Assembly: GCF_006345805.1 (NCBI RefSeq)
Contig: NC_043004.1
Span: 65,472,001-65,536,000, forward strand
Direction: 5' to 3'
Source: Octopus sinensis
Taxonomy: Eukaryota
DNA: 64,000 nucleotides
Positions 1 to 13,699 of this stretch are shown here, one piece after another. Within the stretch, counting starts at the first letter, position 1. Each line of letters begins with the position of its first letter. The notes under the pieces were generated by a model. That model saw only the letters and a program-made list of their open reading frames with translations, had not been told where the DNA came from and searched no databases. The position numbers and the translations under genes are program-made.

Positions 1-1790
1 TCTGCTTACCAAAGGGGATTACAAACCATATATGCTTATTCCTATCAGTGTGATGGGTCGGGACGCCAGCTCTCGCATTCGGGTGGGTGATTCTCGGATG
101 AATAACGGGTCTTGGGTTAGTGTAAGACCTCCCGGACCGATAATTATCCTTGTTCGCTAAATTAAATGCGGGAGCGACTACCCCGGCATCCGCCGCGCTC
201 CCGTCCTTACTTAAAATGTTAATGTTATTATATACGGCCCTATCCTGATGACCGAATGATGGCATCGGAAGGGCCGGATCAATATAAATTACCTTCTGCC
301 TATAACCGGCCTTGGATAGTGCGGCGTTATAAAATTCCGCTTTCTGCATAAAAATATCGGCACTGGCGGACAAGCCAGACAATCTTAGAGAGATGTTTTT
401 TAACCAAATTGTCTGTTACGGTTTTGGCATGATTTGAGAAGACACTGACATACTTCAAATTAGTGGAAGGCTTATGGTAAGGGCAGTATGAGTCGCTATT
501 AAGGTTAAGTGTAACGTCTAGGAAATTAGCCTTGGTGAGTTCATTATCAAAAACTATACTCATGCCCATTCTATTAAAAAACCTAGCTAACCTGCTCTTA
601 GTTTTCTGCACTATTCTGTTCGTGGGTTTTTTGCAGGTAAAACAGACAATCGTCACGATACAGGCCGCCCGCGATCTCCGGGAATTGGTCGGACAATTCG
701 TAGAGAATATATATTCCGACCAAATCGGCTATCTGCGCACTATCCGAACTACCCATAGGCACATCAAATTCATTGGGAGTATCTTTACGGATCCACAACT
801 TATTATCAAACTTAATAAACGATTTCCTGGCAACTAAAATGATATCTATCTCTTCTCTGGTGAGGCCAGCCTTGTTGTGAGCATGCCAGAGGGCCTTATT
901 TAGCACACTAGGGTTAATCGAGGGGTAGAAGCTGGCGATATCAAACTGAATGAACCTAGTACGGTTCTTATTGGGGATGGAAGAGAACCACTTCACTACC
1001 TGCGAGGAGTTGGCCCAGAGGCTGAGCTTCAGCTTGTTTACTAAACTAGGGATATATTTATCTAAAATGTACTTACTGATTATCCCGATATCAGATCTAG
1101 CAGGGCATATGAGTCTTAGCGCTGGGTTGGTGTGGAAGTTAGGTTATGGTCCTTCACTATAAATCTGGGTTGCTTGGGGCTAAGCGGCTGAGTTCTCATT
1201 TGAATTCGGTGTTTAAATATTATTCCTTAATTTCCAAGTTTACCTTCCTCAGGGTACTCCAATTGGTTTTTCTATAATTTTTCTTGATCTCTTTACCGAG
1301 TAAATCTAGGTACTGCTTAATGGGTATCTTGTAGTGTTCCTGGTCTTGTCGGACTGGACCAGGACTCCGTCCGTTCTATTAATGTCCTTGGTAATTTTAT
1401 CTAGGTATCTGAGGTGGGCATTTCTCCTGGGTGACTTCCTGAACTTATCTTTCTAACTATGTCCCACAAGTCGTCTCAAACTTCTTCAGTCTTGGGTTCG
1501 GTGGCGGCGTATCCAATGTTTTAAAAAGCCGGCCGTATTCGGACGATGCTGTTGTCCGGTTCGATTTTAGATCTTCGTTCTCGTGGAAGAAAATGAGCCA
1601 TCTTATCCGGTTTATGAATGCGTTTTTAAGATATCTACGATTAACCACTGCAAGGGGAATTACTCCTGTAAGACAAACGGGGCTTGGTTTTTTCACAGCG
1701 GCGGGTTTCCTTGACAAGGCAGGCTTAGATGAACACGCACACACATAAAACATAATATATATATATTTTTTTTTCTTTCTGCCACCCAAC
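1..1790 (-). mobile_element. Naiad-type Penelope-like retroelement: N-terminus, RT and thumb, frameshifted, running off the left edge
   Basis: Minus-strand translation gives FINRIRWLIFF, VKDH(K)PNFHTNPALRLICPARSDIGIISKYILD, FIQFDIASFYPSI, FDVPMGSSDSAQIADLVG, GGLYRDD, FLDVTLNL, YCPYHKP, SNH, and near base 1 KHIWFVIPF. These are Naiad/Chlamys-type PLE RT motifs. Several 1-nt frameshifts and one TAA. Confidence 0.9.
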
Positions 1791-2160
1791 GGTTATCACG
1801 GCAGTAGCCACTGACAGCCGAAAGATCAAACGCACACACGTACACAAAAATGTTTTCTACCCCTACGCCAACACACACATATATTGAACAGTACACACAC
1901 ACACGTCTCTAAGTAGATTTTTTCTCGCCCCTTATAAAACATCCAATATTCCTTAAATAGTCAGAACTTTATTCTCGGTCACAAAGAACATCTATACACC
2001 CTCACCCACATGATTGACCGATGCCTGACCCGTTGAATTCTTCAGCCACCGGTTCTCAACATACACTGATAAACATTTCGCCATGGGCTCTTAGGAGCAC
2101 AGTTCGATTTGTTTTTGCTCCGCCTCTGTTCTGTTTTTGTTTTTCCAACGGATTTCCTTT

Positions 2161-2247
2161 TTTCTTCCTGAAGAGAAAGACACAATATGGTCCATTATTC
2201 AATCGATTTTGGTAATTTGTGCCTTTCGAAACACGTGTAGAATGAAA
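2161..2247 (+). ncRNA. Minimal type-I hammerhead ribozyme with long stem II
   Basis: tttcttc-CTGAAGA(2168-2174)-gaaagacacaa...ttgtgcctttc-GAA-ACACGTGT(palindrome)-A-gaatgaaa. Intact core, GUA triplet. Confidence 0.8.
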
Positions 2248-2309
2248 TAAAACGATTTCTGTTCAATCTGCGTTCAGCTCCATTTCTTCAATTCACCAAT
2301 AATGTTGTT

Positions 2310-2545
2310 TATATATATATAATATAAGATATATATATATAATATATATATATATATTATATATTATATATATATATTCATATATATAATACATATATAT
2401 ATATATATATATATAGTATATATATATGTGTGGTGTGTGTGTGTGTGAATACATACATGAGTACATAATCCACACACATATATATAGTATTGTATATATA
2501 TATATATGAATATATACATATATACAGACATTCACATGTGTGTGT
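2310..2545. repeat. (TA)n/(TG)n compound microsatellite
   Basis: Direct reading. Confidence 0.95.
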
Positions 2546-3459
2546 ATACGTTGAGTCACAACTTGATACCATGTCTGCATATACTACCTTTGCACTCCAT
2601 TTTGGTATTTAATTTCTGCATTTAAATTATATCCGTTTGAATGAGTACGGCATTATCGATAGAGTTCAGGCTTGTCTACTTAGTATTAGTTCATTTAACC
2701 CCGGTTTATTTCGGTTATTTGCCTCCTGATTAAATCAATCAATACGTTTTAATGAAAAGGTGATATCATATTAATTGGAATTATAATGCAGACAAAATTT
2801 AAGGCAAAAACATAATAATATAATAATATAAAATGGAATTGAAAAGAGAGGAAAAAGAGATAAATTATCGATTTTTTAATGTCGAGGCAAATAGGACGTA
2901 TATTTTGGTAAGATAGAAGTGGAAAATGTGTTGTAATATATAATATTAACCTTTCCCGCGCCACTCGTATTGAGGAAATGAAATGAAATAGATTTGAACA
3001 AATATAGAGCAAGCCAATAACAGAGCCACTAGGCAACGTTCGATTTGCTAAACAAAATGTCCATTATGTCTTGAATAACAATCTCTCATTGTTTTAAAAA
3101 TGGCGACAGGCTGCGTCTCGAACGTCTTTCATCGAAGATTTTCTTTGGTAGGTTTGATAAAATTCAACACACACAAAAGCGTAAGGAATCAAAGAACATT
3201 TGTGAAATAATGTAGTACATTCTTAGTAACCCAATGTCAACCAGAATAGATTTAGCTCCCCTTTTAAATACAGAGTGCTTATGATGAAAGACAGTACTCA
3301 GTTAGGTCTAACCAAGCGGGATTTTAAAATATTATATGACCAAACATTATCTGTATCATTGTTAGGTCGCATAAAAACATCAACCAACTCTTCAAATTAA
3401 TCACTCGAATCTCAAACATTTAGCTAAGTGATAAGAAGTTCGTGCAAATGTCGTGCATT

Positions 3460-3599
3460 AGTCGAACAAGTTGACCACACGATATATTCTTTTGTAAGCC
3501 TAGTAATTATTCTATCAGTCTTTTACTGAACCAGTTGTCAAGCGATGGTGGGGAGGACAAACACAGACACAGAAACATACGCACACATACACACACATT

Positions 3600-3632
<33 letters not shown>

Positions 3633-3657
3633 TATATACGACGGGCTTCCTTCAGTC
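3460..3657 (-). mobile_element. SINE family A, partial, with internal deletion
   Basis: Shares tattctttgtaagcctagta / gttgtcaagcgatg / atacgacgggcttc with full copies in the window. Confidence 0.75.
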
Positions 3658-3719
3658 ACTTATATTTGAGCACATTTCATAGTGACACCCATACAAGAAT
3701 ACGTGCAAGCACACGCAGA

Positions 3720-3732
3720 CACACTTACGCAT

Positions 3733-3801
<69 letters not shown>

Positions 3802-3835
3802 CACACACACATACACGCACATACACACACACATG
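3720..3835. repeat. (CA)n microsatellite
   Basis: Direct reading. Confidence 0.95.
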
Positions 3836-4162
3836 CACATTAATACGTTATATCGATGCTATATGCTCTAAGACTCACATCCTCATAAATACCGGCAGAT
3901 TAACATTGTAAAGTACCAACCATACACACACAATGCTTGCTACAGATGCATCGACCAACCACATTAAATTCCACCTGGACACACAAATACGCAGAAAACA
4001 ACACTACGCATTTAATTCGATTTCAGCGTCACCTGATCGCCCAGCGCAAACTGATTATGAAGGCATGCGTACTCAGTATTCCTGTGTGTTAACTAGTTAA
4101 CTGCCCCTGCTAGCGTGGTCTAGACACACGGAAAGGGATTGAATTTAAGTATGTTTCAAATA

Positions 4163-4244
<82 letters not shown>

Positions 4245-4278
4245 GCATACATACATGCATGCATACATACATGCATAC

Positions 4279-4311
<33 letters not shown>

Positions 4312-4558
4312 AAAACAGTGTACATTTTAACACATAAGAGATGGCCATAACTGGACATCAGACACGCTAGATGGAGTAGTTAAACTCCAAACTACTATTA
4401 GGGGTAATTTCGAAAGGGAATGAAAAATAAAAACATTGACCCTCTATTTCCTGTACCATAGTTTCAAGCTATCTTCAGCAAATAATATAATTTACTAGGC
4501 GAAGCTGTGCCTATATAATTTACTAGGCGAAGCTGTGCCTATATATCAGCGGATATAT

Positions 4559-4937
4559 AGGCACAGGAGTGGCTGTGTGGTAAGTAGGTTGCTTACCAAC
4601 CACATGGTTCCGTGTTCAAACGCACTGCATTGCACCTTGAGTAGCAGTCTTCTACCATAGCCTCGGGCCGACCAGAGTTCCGTGAGCGAATTTGGTAGAC
4701 GGAAACCGAAAGAAGCCCGCAGTATATATATTTGTGTGTCTGTGTGTGTGTTGGCGTATGTTTGTGTGTATGTTTGATGTTGGTGTCTTTACGTCCTCGT
4801 AACTTAGCGGTTCGGCAAAAGAGACCGATAGGATAAGTACTAGGCTTAGTACAAAGATTAAGTCCTAAGTTCGATTTGTTCGACTAAAGGCGATGCTCCA
4901 GCATGGTCGCAGTCACATGACTGAAAATAGTAAAAGT
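4559..4937 (+). mobile_element. tRNA-derived SINE family A (head GGAGTGGCTGTGTGGTAAG, internal TA/TG tract, AAAAG-type tail)
   Basis: A-box-like TGGCTGTGTGG and B-box-like GTTCAAAC; matches more than 10 other copies in the window. Confidence 0.9.
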
Positions 4938-5143
4938 TATATGTCTATATCGCCGTGATCGACCAGACCATCAGATGCTGAGTAAGTGCTATGGACAGAC
5001 TATAGTTAAGGTCCAGGTTCAGTGATTATGTGAATGAGGAATCCAACGTAGGTCATATATCAGTATGTGTATATATAAAAAAGTTTTTAACCGAATGAGA
5101 TAAAAATCTAAGGCTGTGAAAGATTTAAGAACATTTATAAATA

Positions 5144-5192
5144 GGTCTTACAGCTGTTTCCGGTATGTATTATATATCCCTTCATCGGAGAC
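5144..5192 (-). ncRNA. Hammerhead-like motif, U4C core variant
   Basis: Minus strand: gtct-CCGATGA-aggg...ccg-GAA-ACAGCTGT-A-agac. Stem I gtct/agac, palindromic stem III. Confidence 0.6.
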
Positions 5193-5360
5193 GGTCTGAG
5201 AATATGGTTAAGCAATAGTTATTCTATTAAGATATGAAATAGACAGTGAAGTGGAGAAATGAAAATAAACGTGAGATATTCAGGGCTATTGTAGCCTCAG
5301 TTCCATTATTTAGGCAGAATGGTACACACACATACATACACACACACACGAACACACACA

Positions 5361-5436
<76 letters not shown>

Positions 5437-6298
5437 AGTGTGTGTGTGTGTGTATGTGCAACATTAACCAAACAGAGTTCCACAGATGCTTATATTTTCG
5501 CAAGAGTTGGTGAGAGGATTCTCGGTACGTTGCAAAGAGAGCATGAAACAAACAATAATAAATAAGAAAAGAATATGAAAATGATGTAATAGCAACGGAA
5601 GCAGAATTAGTTCAGGATATTTTAATTAACATGCATTCACTGTAAGTAAACCACAATACCCTGGGTGTCGACTTGAGAAAGCCGCTTGTATTGGCGTATC
5701 ATGCTAAAACGAACACGTGTTGTCCGCTTATCGATGACGCGCATTTGCTCAGAAATCCCGGACCTCACAATTTCAGCGCCGCTGCTGGACACTTGTTTGC
5801 TGCTTTTTAGCACCATACATCTTGAATACTGGCCTTATACTATATGCAAAATGCTAATAAAAAACATTTTTTTTGTAAAATCTGTGTTTAATTTTCTATC
5901 GTTAACTGATTATACAGACGTGGTGTATTCTCTACTGCAAAAAGGCGCTCACAGCTTTACGTAGGAAGGAGACCCAACGGGAAGGAATGACCTCGAGGTC
6001 TTGGTTTAGACGAAAATTCAAAAAGTTTCATTCGTTGTATCAAATGATTTTAGTCCTATCAGAAATTTCCAAGACCGATTTACGATTTGTTTAATGTCTT
6101 GAGGCGCATCATTTCTTTATTTTCATCATGACTGGAGGTTATTAGAAAGCCTCGTGTTCGATTCTCTCGAAAACTAACATTTGTTTTTGTTATTTGTAGT
6201 AAAAGAGCTTGTGTAAGGGAAAAAAAATTATTCCTTCCTGGAGGCATTAATTTCGCACATTACAAAATTCCAAAAAAGAAAAAAGCTATCGAAAACAT

Positions 6299-6346
<48 letters not shown>

Positions 6347-6610
6347 TTTTTTTATGGCTGTAGTTTCAGCAAATGTTAACAGCAAAATCGATAATAAACA
6401 TAAAAATAGTGATACTAAGAATGATGGTTTCAAATTTCTGCACAATGGCAGTAATTTTGATGGTGGTGAGGCGAATCAGTCGGTACCATCGATCAAGGAA
6501 GGGTGAAAGCCAATGTTGCACTCAGTGGCATTTGAATCCGTAACGCAAAAAAAAAAAAGACTGAAATAGCGAGGCATTTTCCCACACTCTAACGGTTCTG
6601 CCAGTCCACC

Positions 6611-7000
<390 letters not shown>

Positions 7001-7117
7001 TAATGATGTTGATGATGATCCTTCCTACTATAGGAACAAGACCTGAAATTTGGGGGAGCGAGTAGTCCATTACATCGATCCCCAGTGTTTTAGTGGCAGA
7101 ATAATAATAATGATGAC

Positions 7118-7180
<63 letters not shown>

Positions 7181-8371
7181 ATGGAGGAGGATTTACAGAT
7201 CTTATACCGAAGAATTAGTAAACCGCTTACAATACCAAATATGCAAGTCTCTAAAAGTACTATCAATAGGCTCTACCTACCTAGAAACGAATGAAGCAAA
7301 GGATTGTTAAATGTAGAAAACTTTGTTAGTACTGCGATATTAGGTTTGATAAAGCATAAAAAGGCTGATAAAACATAAAAAGAATAAAATAAAGGTTACC
7401 CACTTCTTTACAACTTGATATGAGGCAATTTTTAAAATCTAAATTAAATGGGAATAAAACTATATATGACAGGGTTTTGTGAAATATGATACACTTACCT
7501 TTTTGGTCGTATGCCTTTTATGCATTACCAATAAAAGATTAACTACAAAACCATTTCGTTGTGGCTAGGGAGAGTCATTTTGTTTTCATGCCTTATTAAG
7601 TAACACACCCATAAATTGAGTAGAAATCGAACCGGTGAATGTGTTAGTTAATAAGGCGTAAAGACAAAATGACTTTCCCCAGACGCAACCAAATATGCTT
7701 CAACACACGAATTCACATAAAGATTCTTGCAAACCAGATACAAAAACGAAGTACAAAGTCATTGTTGCAGCTATTTTTTTGTTACTGCTCTGTTTATAGA
7801 ATGCTGGTTATTTATATCTATTTATTGTTAACGTAGATATATTTGATTATTATCTTGTGACATTGAATCACCCTTATGAAGAGTCTAGAATAAATAGCTT
7901 GTCTACTGCATAGCTTTTTTTATGTATAGTCAATAAATTGGAGAAAAAACTTGAGCTAGATATTGTGTGAAAGACTATTACACATTTCATTTATAAATAT
8001 AATGCAAAATTTTTCATCTATTTAAATGGTTTTCTAACCTAATACTTACACGCATTACTCGCATTATTTAAGCTCTATCGGCTTCTACAACACTTTCTAT
8101 GGAGATTTAGGTCCTTCCCGAGATAGATTTTATTTCAGCGTTTACACGAAACTAAGAGGAGAGAAAACGCTGCTCTAAATGCTGATGTTTTCGATTTTCA
8201 TAGACATTCAATAAATAGTCATCAATAAACTAGGTTTTATCATTCAATAAAACCTTAAATATATATGTATATGTGTATATATATATACATATATATATAT
8301 ATATCTATATATATACATATATATATATATATGCGTGTGTGTGTCTGTATGTATTTATATATATATATACA

Positions 8372-8415
<44 letters not shown>

Positions 8416-9306
8416 CATATACATGTATGTAAAATATACAGAGTAGCGAGTTATCTATAGAAATTTCCCTACCAGTGGCCTAGCATGTATAAAAAGTCAA
8501 TAAACAACATATTCTCAATATAAAATAGTGTACATTTAAACGCAAGGGAAACTACCTTTAACATGTAATTTTACACGCTAGAAGAAGCAATCAAAACGAC
8601 CAAAAATGTAAACTATTTTATACATGTATGTATGTAGGTATGTATGCATGTACGTATATATGTATGCATGTAGATATTTATTTGAACGTAAATTCATAAA
8701 ACAGTTAAGATACTAAGTCAATCTCTTTTCTCTGTGTTAATTTTTTTCTGTCGCTAGTAGAAGTCTTCTTTCCACCCTAGAAATCCTTCGAGCTCTTAAT
8801 TAACTTTTTTTCAATTCTCTCTGTGATTTTTGCTGAAATAGAATTCATATGTATTTTGTATTCATGAGTGTTTCATTCGTCATACGAAACGTCTCTCAGT
8901 ATTGTTTCCATGTTCAGCACTTTACGAGGTTATTCATAGTCTCGATATAAGATATTCCCACCCCTGCTTCTCTTTAGCTCACTTTATATCAAGTCAATTT
9001 GTTTATATTTCGGCGCATATTAAAACTAACGTCTTAAGCATTAGCCACAAAGAAGATTCGTTGCACCGCTCAATATCAAAAGATGGTAAAAGCAATGAGA
9101 GGAGAAATTTTCCCTGAAGAAATATATGATGCTGTTTTATATAATATGCTAACACTGACTTTTGTTTCTTTTTGTGCTTTTCCATGTTTAAAGACATTTG
9201 TCGCAGACGAGAACTGCTTTTATTGCTGGTAAATTTACCCAAAACCTATTTGTGTGTTACAGTCCATTGAATTAAACACGCATGAATACAACAGCGTTAA
9301 TGCGGG

Positions 9307-9350
<44 letters not shown>

Positions 9351-10524
9351 GCATATATTCGGAGTGCGAAAGATATTTGAGGACAGATTTATGTTTATGA
9401 ACAAACAGATATATAATAACAGATAATAACTTTATCAAAACTTGCTATGAGGATAAAAATAAACCTTCTTTTCTATAATATCATTCAATAAAGCTACCTT
9501 CAACTTCAATAACTGCTTCTATATGAGATCTAAATCCTCTACATGCTCGAATCAAGTGGTTCTGGTACATTTTGGACATTACTCTGACTATGGCGTCTTT
9601 CCAGTCGTTAGACCAGAACGAAAGGAAAATAGTGAAGTTTGGGAGAAATATTTTCTTTGAAAAGAGAAAAGACGCTGTGTTTTACTTGTCTTGTTTTCCA
9701 TTTTTTCTCTCGTTGTTTGCATCTTTAACTCATTTGTTTTCGTACTTCATGTTGTTTACAGAGTTGGTGATGTCCTGTTCACATATAAGCATCCATTTCC
9801 AAGTAAGTTTATCTTAACCTTTTTGATGCGACTCTACTCTATGCTGTTTTGTTCCCCCATCACTCTCTAATTCCCCTTTCCCCTGTCACCGTTTTCTATC
9901 TGTCCCTCTCTACCCTCTTTCTCTTTTCTCTCTCTCTCGTTATTCACACGTGACCATCGTCCATCTTTCTTTTTCTCACGTGACCATATTTCTTTTCCTG
10001 CATGACGTTCTAAGGACTGGATGTTTTCTTCCTCACTCTTCTATCTTTTCTCTTTTCAAAAACAAATATTTCTTCCAGCGTTCACTTTTTCCCTCTCGTT
10101 CTGGTCTAACGCCCCGCCATGTTTGTTTTCATTCGCTTCAATCGTATGTCTCCACTGTCGTGTACTTTTGCCCAATTTTGCCCCTCCATAAATCCTAAAT
10201 TTTACATTGGAATTTATTGGAACAGCTGCCTTTGAAGACTCATGTTGTCGTTGAATGCTCGAAATGAAGAGTAGATAGTCTGCCGACAAATGATGAAGGT
10301 TCGTTCTCTGTGTTACTTGTCATATTTTTCAATTGTCCTCTCATTTTTCGCGTATTTAACTCATTTGTTTTCATACTTCATGTTGTTTACACAGTTGGTG
10401 ACGTCCTGTACACATATATGCTTTTATATATGTATATATATATATATATGATGACAGAGAGAGGGAGAGAGAGAGACAGAGAGAGAGAGTGACAGAGCGA
10501 TACACACACATATGTATTGTTTTA

Positions 10525-10770
10525 TTCTTTCATTCTTTTAATTTTTTCAGTCATTTGACTGTGGTCATGCTGGAGCACCACCTTTATTCGAACAAATAGA
10601 ACCCAGAGCTTATTCTTTGTAAGCCTAGTGCTTATTCAATCGACCTTTTTCCCGAACCACTAAGTTATGGGGACGTAAACACAGCAGCAGTGGTCGTCAA
10701 TCGATGTTGGGGAGAAACACACAAACACACAAACATATACACACACACGTATATATATATATATATATCG
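10525..10770 (-). mobile_element. SINE family A, 3' half
   Basis: ttcagtcatttgactgtggtcatgctggagcacc...ggggacgtaaac. Confidence 0.85.
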
Positions 10771-11073
10771 GTATATAAAGGTTGAATTTGGATTCGTCTT
10801 TTAATTGGAGGTTTCCAAAAAAGATTTCTAATGTCGATTCTTCAAACTTTGTTGGGAGTTTACAGGCGTAAATTTGTGAAGATATGAAAGTAGTACTTGT
10901 ATATAATGTATGAAGGGTTTACGGAATGAAGTTCCATAAATCCCATCAATTTCGATAAGAATGGAGGAAACAAGTTGTTAAAATTTATAAGTTCAATTCC
11001 TACGGACGATCTTTTCGTACATAGATATAATAATATATATTCATGATTGAATTTAATAAAATAAATTTCATCG

Positions 11074-11144
<71 letters not shown>

Positions 11145-11212
11145 ACATATATATACATATACATATATATATATATATATACATATATATACATATATAT
11201 CATATATATATA

Positions 11213-11245
<33 letters not shown>

Positions 11246-12173
11246 CAATAAATTCAGGGTGAATACTTGATAAATGTAAGCACCTGTATATGCCAGCTAG
11301 TAGCAGAGGTGGGCTCGAGCGATTCAGCTCAGGTGACTGACTTGGTCGGGGCCTACCTGCTTAAGAAGCTGTTCTCGGAAGTACCAGATCTTCAGGGGGG
11401 TCTATTTAGGGATGATGCACTTTTCATATACCCCACTAATAATAAGAGTAAACTAGAAAGAATTAGAAAAAAGATTAGGCTATTCTTTAAATCATTCAAT
11501 CTAAAACTAGAGTTTATGACTAATACGAAAATAGTTGATTTTTTTAGATGTTACATTAGACATAGACAAGGGCCTTCACTACCCCTATAGGAAACCGGAG
11601 GAAACCACTAGATATATTAACACATCTTCCAATCACCCACCCTGTATAGTTAACACCACAGTCCAAGCTGTCTATGACAGATTAACTAAGTTATCGTCTA
11701 ACAATAGTACATCCAGTGATTACGCGCATCACTATAACCAAGCCCCCTCTAGTGCTGGGTACCCCCAGAAAATATCTTTCGGCAAAAAATCATATGATGA
11801 ACCGCCTAGAACATCCGTCACCTATAAAACTCCTTCATATAAACGAACTAAGGATTCCAAAACCATTCATTTAAAATTAAATGAAATTAGACTAAATAGT
11901 TGCAATAATATCACAGATTCAACTAATACAAATTCTAATTTAAATTCTAACAGTACTAGGAAACAAACAGATAGAAATCGCACCAATAGAAATTTAGTTA
12001 AAGAAAACCCTACCGATGAGAGTAGCACAGATAATATTAGAAGACACAGGAGTAAGAACAGTAGATTACGTAACTATATATGGTATAACATACCATATAA
12101 TATAGCGGTTAAGGGTAAATTATGCAAAAAAATATTTTCAATAATTTCCAATAACTTCCCACCCACTCATAAA

Positions 12174-12425
12174 TATAGGAGCATCTTTTCAAATAAAACT
12201 ATTAGGATATCATACTCAACTCTACCTAACATGAGCTGCCTAATAGCTAAACACAATAATATTAAAATTAGAACAGCTAGTTTAGGAGTAAATAATATTA
12301 TTATTATTTACTCCTAAACTAGCTGTTCTAATTTTAATATTATTGTGTTTTGCTATTAGGCAGCTCATGTTAGGTAGAGTTGAGTATGATATCCTAATAG
12401 TTTTACTTGAAAAGATGCTCCTATA
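12174..12425. repeat. Near-perfect fold-back palindrome, 124-bp arms, 4-nt loop
   Basis: 12174-12297 is the reverse complement of 12302-12425; two mismatches seen. Confidence 0.92.
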
Positions 12426-13344
12426 TACAATACAGGTGTTAACATTGGTAGTAGCCTAACTAATAACAATAGCCAAAGCATTACTCCTATAACTTCGATA
12501 CCCAACCGCCAAGCTGACAACTTAGAGATAAATAATAGTAGTTCCCTAAACAGTGAATTTAATGTTGATAATAACTATAGCCACATTAATAATAGTTACA
12601 GGCAATATAATAACAATAATAATCTGGATAGAAATAGCAACATTGAAACAGCTAGTAACAGCACCCATCACAATAACGGAGACAATACTATACCCAACAA
12701 TTATATAACTAATGAAGAAAATACTACTACTACTTTTAATGTGATAACTCAGTCCACGTCGAATAATAATCGTGAATTTAATTATATCAGTTGTAATAGC
12801 AATATAACTAGCAATAATAGAAATGTAGAAGATAGATCCAATATCGGTACTAGAAGCAGAAGAAATATAGGCCAGAACAACTTAAATAGCACCACTAGTG
12901 ATAAAAGCAGTAACAATGGCGAAAACACTAGCGGAGCTTCTATATACCATAATAGCAACCTCGACAGCAACCATACCGAAATTATCTGTCCACTGATAAG
13001 GTGCGGTCTATGCGACATGGAGAGATGGCTTATCTGGAAAAGCAGCTTAGACCCTACTACATGTCTAAATACAAGGACAGAGCTTTTCGGATCAGACCCA
13101 CATGTGACTAAATTTCTGTTACGTTTTTGGTCCCCTAAAGAAAACAGATAGAACATGCTTTCTATGTTATGTCCCAAAGAAGAATATATATATTTTTATA
13201 TATTTTTATATATTTTTTATGTATTTTTATATAATTTTTATGACGAAAAATGCGAGCGATGTATAAGTACGCAGGCAAGCAGAATTATAACAGAGTAATT
13301 TCCCTTTATTTAACGGTATTTTTTCATAACGTTTTCAAATAGCC

Positions 13345-13407
13345 AGATAACCGAAGAGATGGTGTTGTGGATTTCCACTTCGGCATCTGAAACTCAGAGT
13401 TTTATCT
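13345..13407 (+). ncRNA. Hammerhead-like motif downstream of the Naiad ORF (U4C variant)
   Basis: agataa-CCGAAGA-gatg..gtgg-attt-ccac..catct-GAA-ACTCAGAGT-T-ttatct. Confidence 0.55.
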
Positions 13408-13586
13408 TGACTACCGAGTAATGTAACATATTGTATAGATAAATTTCCTCTATTTACATAATATTGAGGTCTCTTTCTTTCTTTTGTTATCTTACCGTTT
13501 TATCAATATATACATATATATTTATATATATGTGTTTGTGTGTGTGTGTATATACATATGTATATATATGTATATATGTATATATG

Positions 13587-13617
<31 letters not shown>

Positions 13618-13699
13618 GTATGTATATAAGTTATAAGCACTCTTGTTTTATTAATGTATTTACACAAAGGCAGGGGATAAACAAGTATATAAATTTTAT

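Larger units (their letters stand above)
11290..13410 (+). mobile_element. Second Naiad-type PLE: 5'-truncated RT and thumb, Asn-rich linker, endonuclease C-terminal motif, 3' HHR
   Basis: [66 protein letters not shown]; terminal RCGLCDMERWLIWKSSLDPTTCLNTRTELFGSDPHVTKFLL resembles the CxxC...E...LN.R.E..S...H..KF.L end of Naiad endonucleases. Confidence 0.85.

Noticed and set aside
4486-4545. 29-bp direct duplication resembling a CRISPR repeat or TSD
   Set aside because: Only two abutting copies with no spacers; simple slippage or assembly duplication in eukaryotic DNA.
8850-8900. catacGAAACGTC as the 3' half of a hammerhead
   Set aside because: No recognisable CUGANGA core or stem I upstream.
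13152-13270. Possible SECIS / selenoprotein Naiad (ATGAC...AAA...CGAT after the stop)
   Set aside because: Spacing is far too short for a SECIS helix II, and no in-frame TGA at conserved Cys positions was seen in either Naiad copy.
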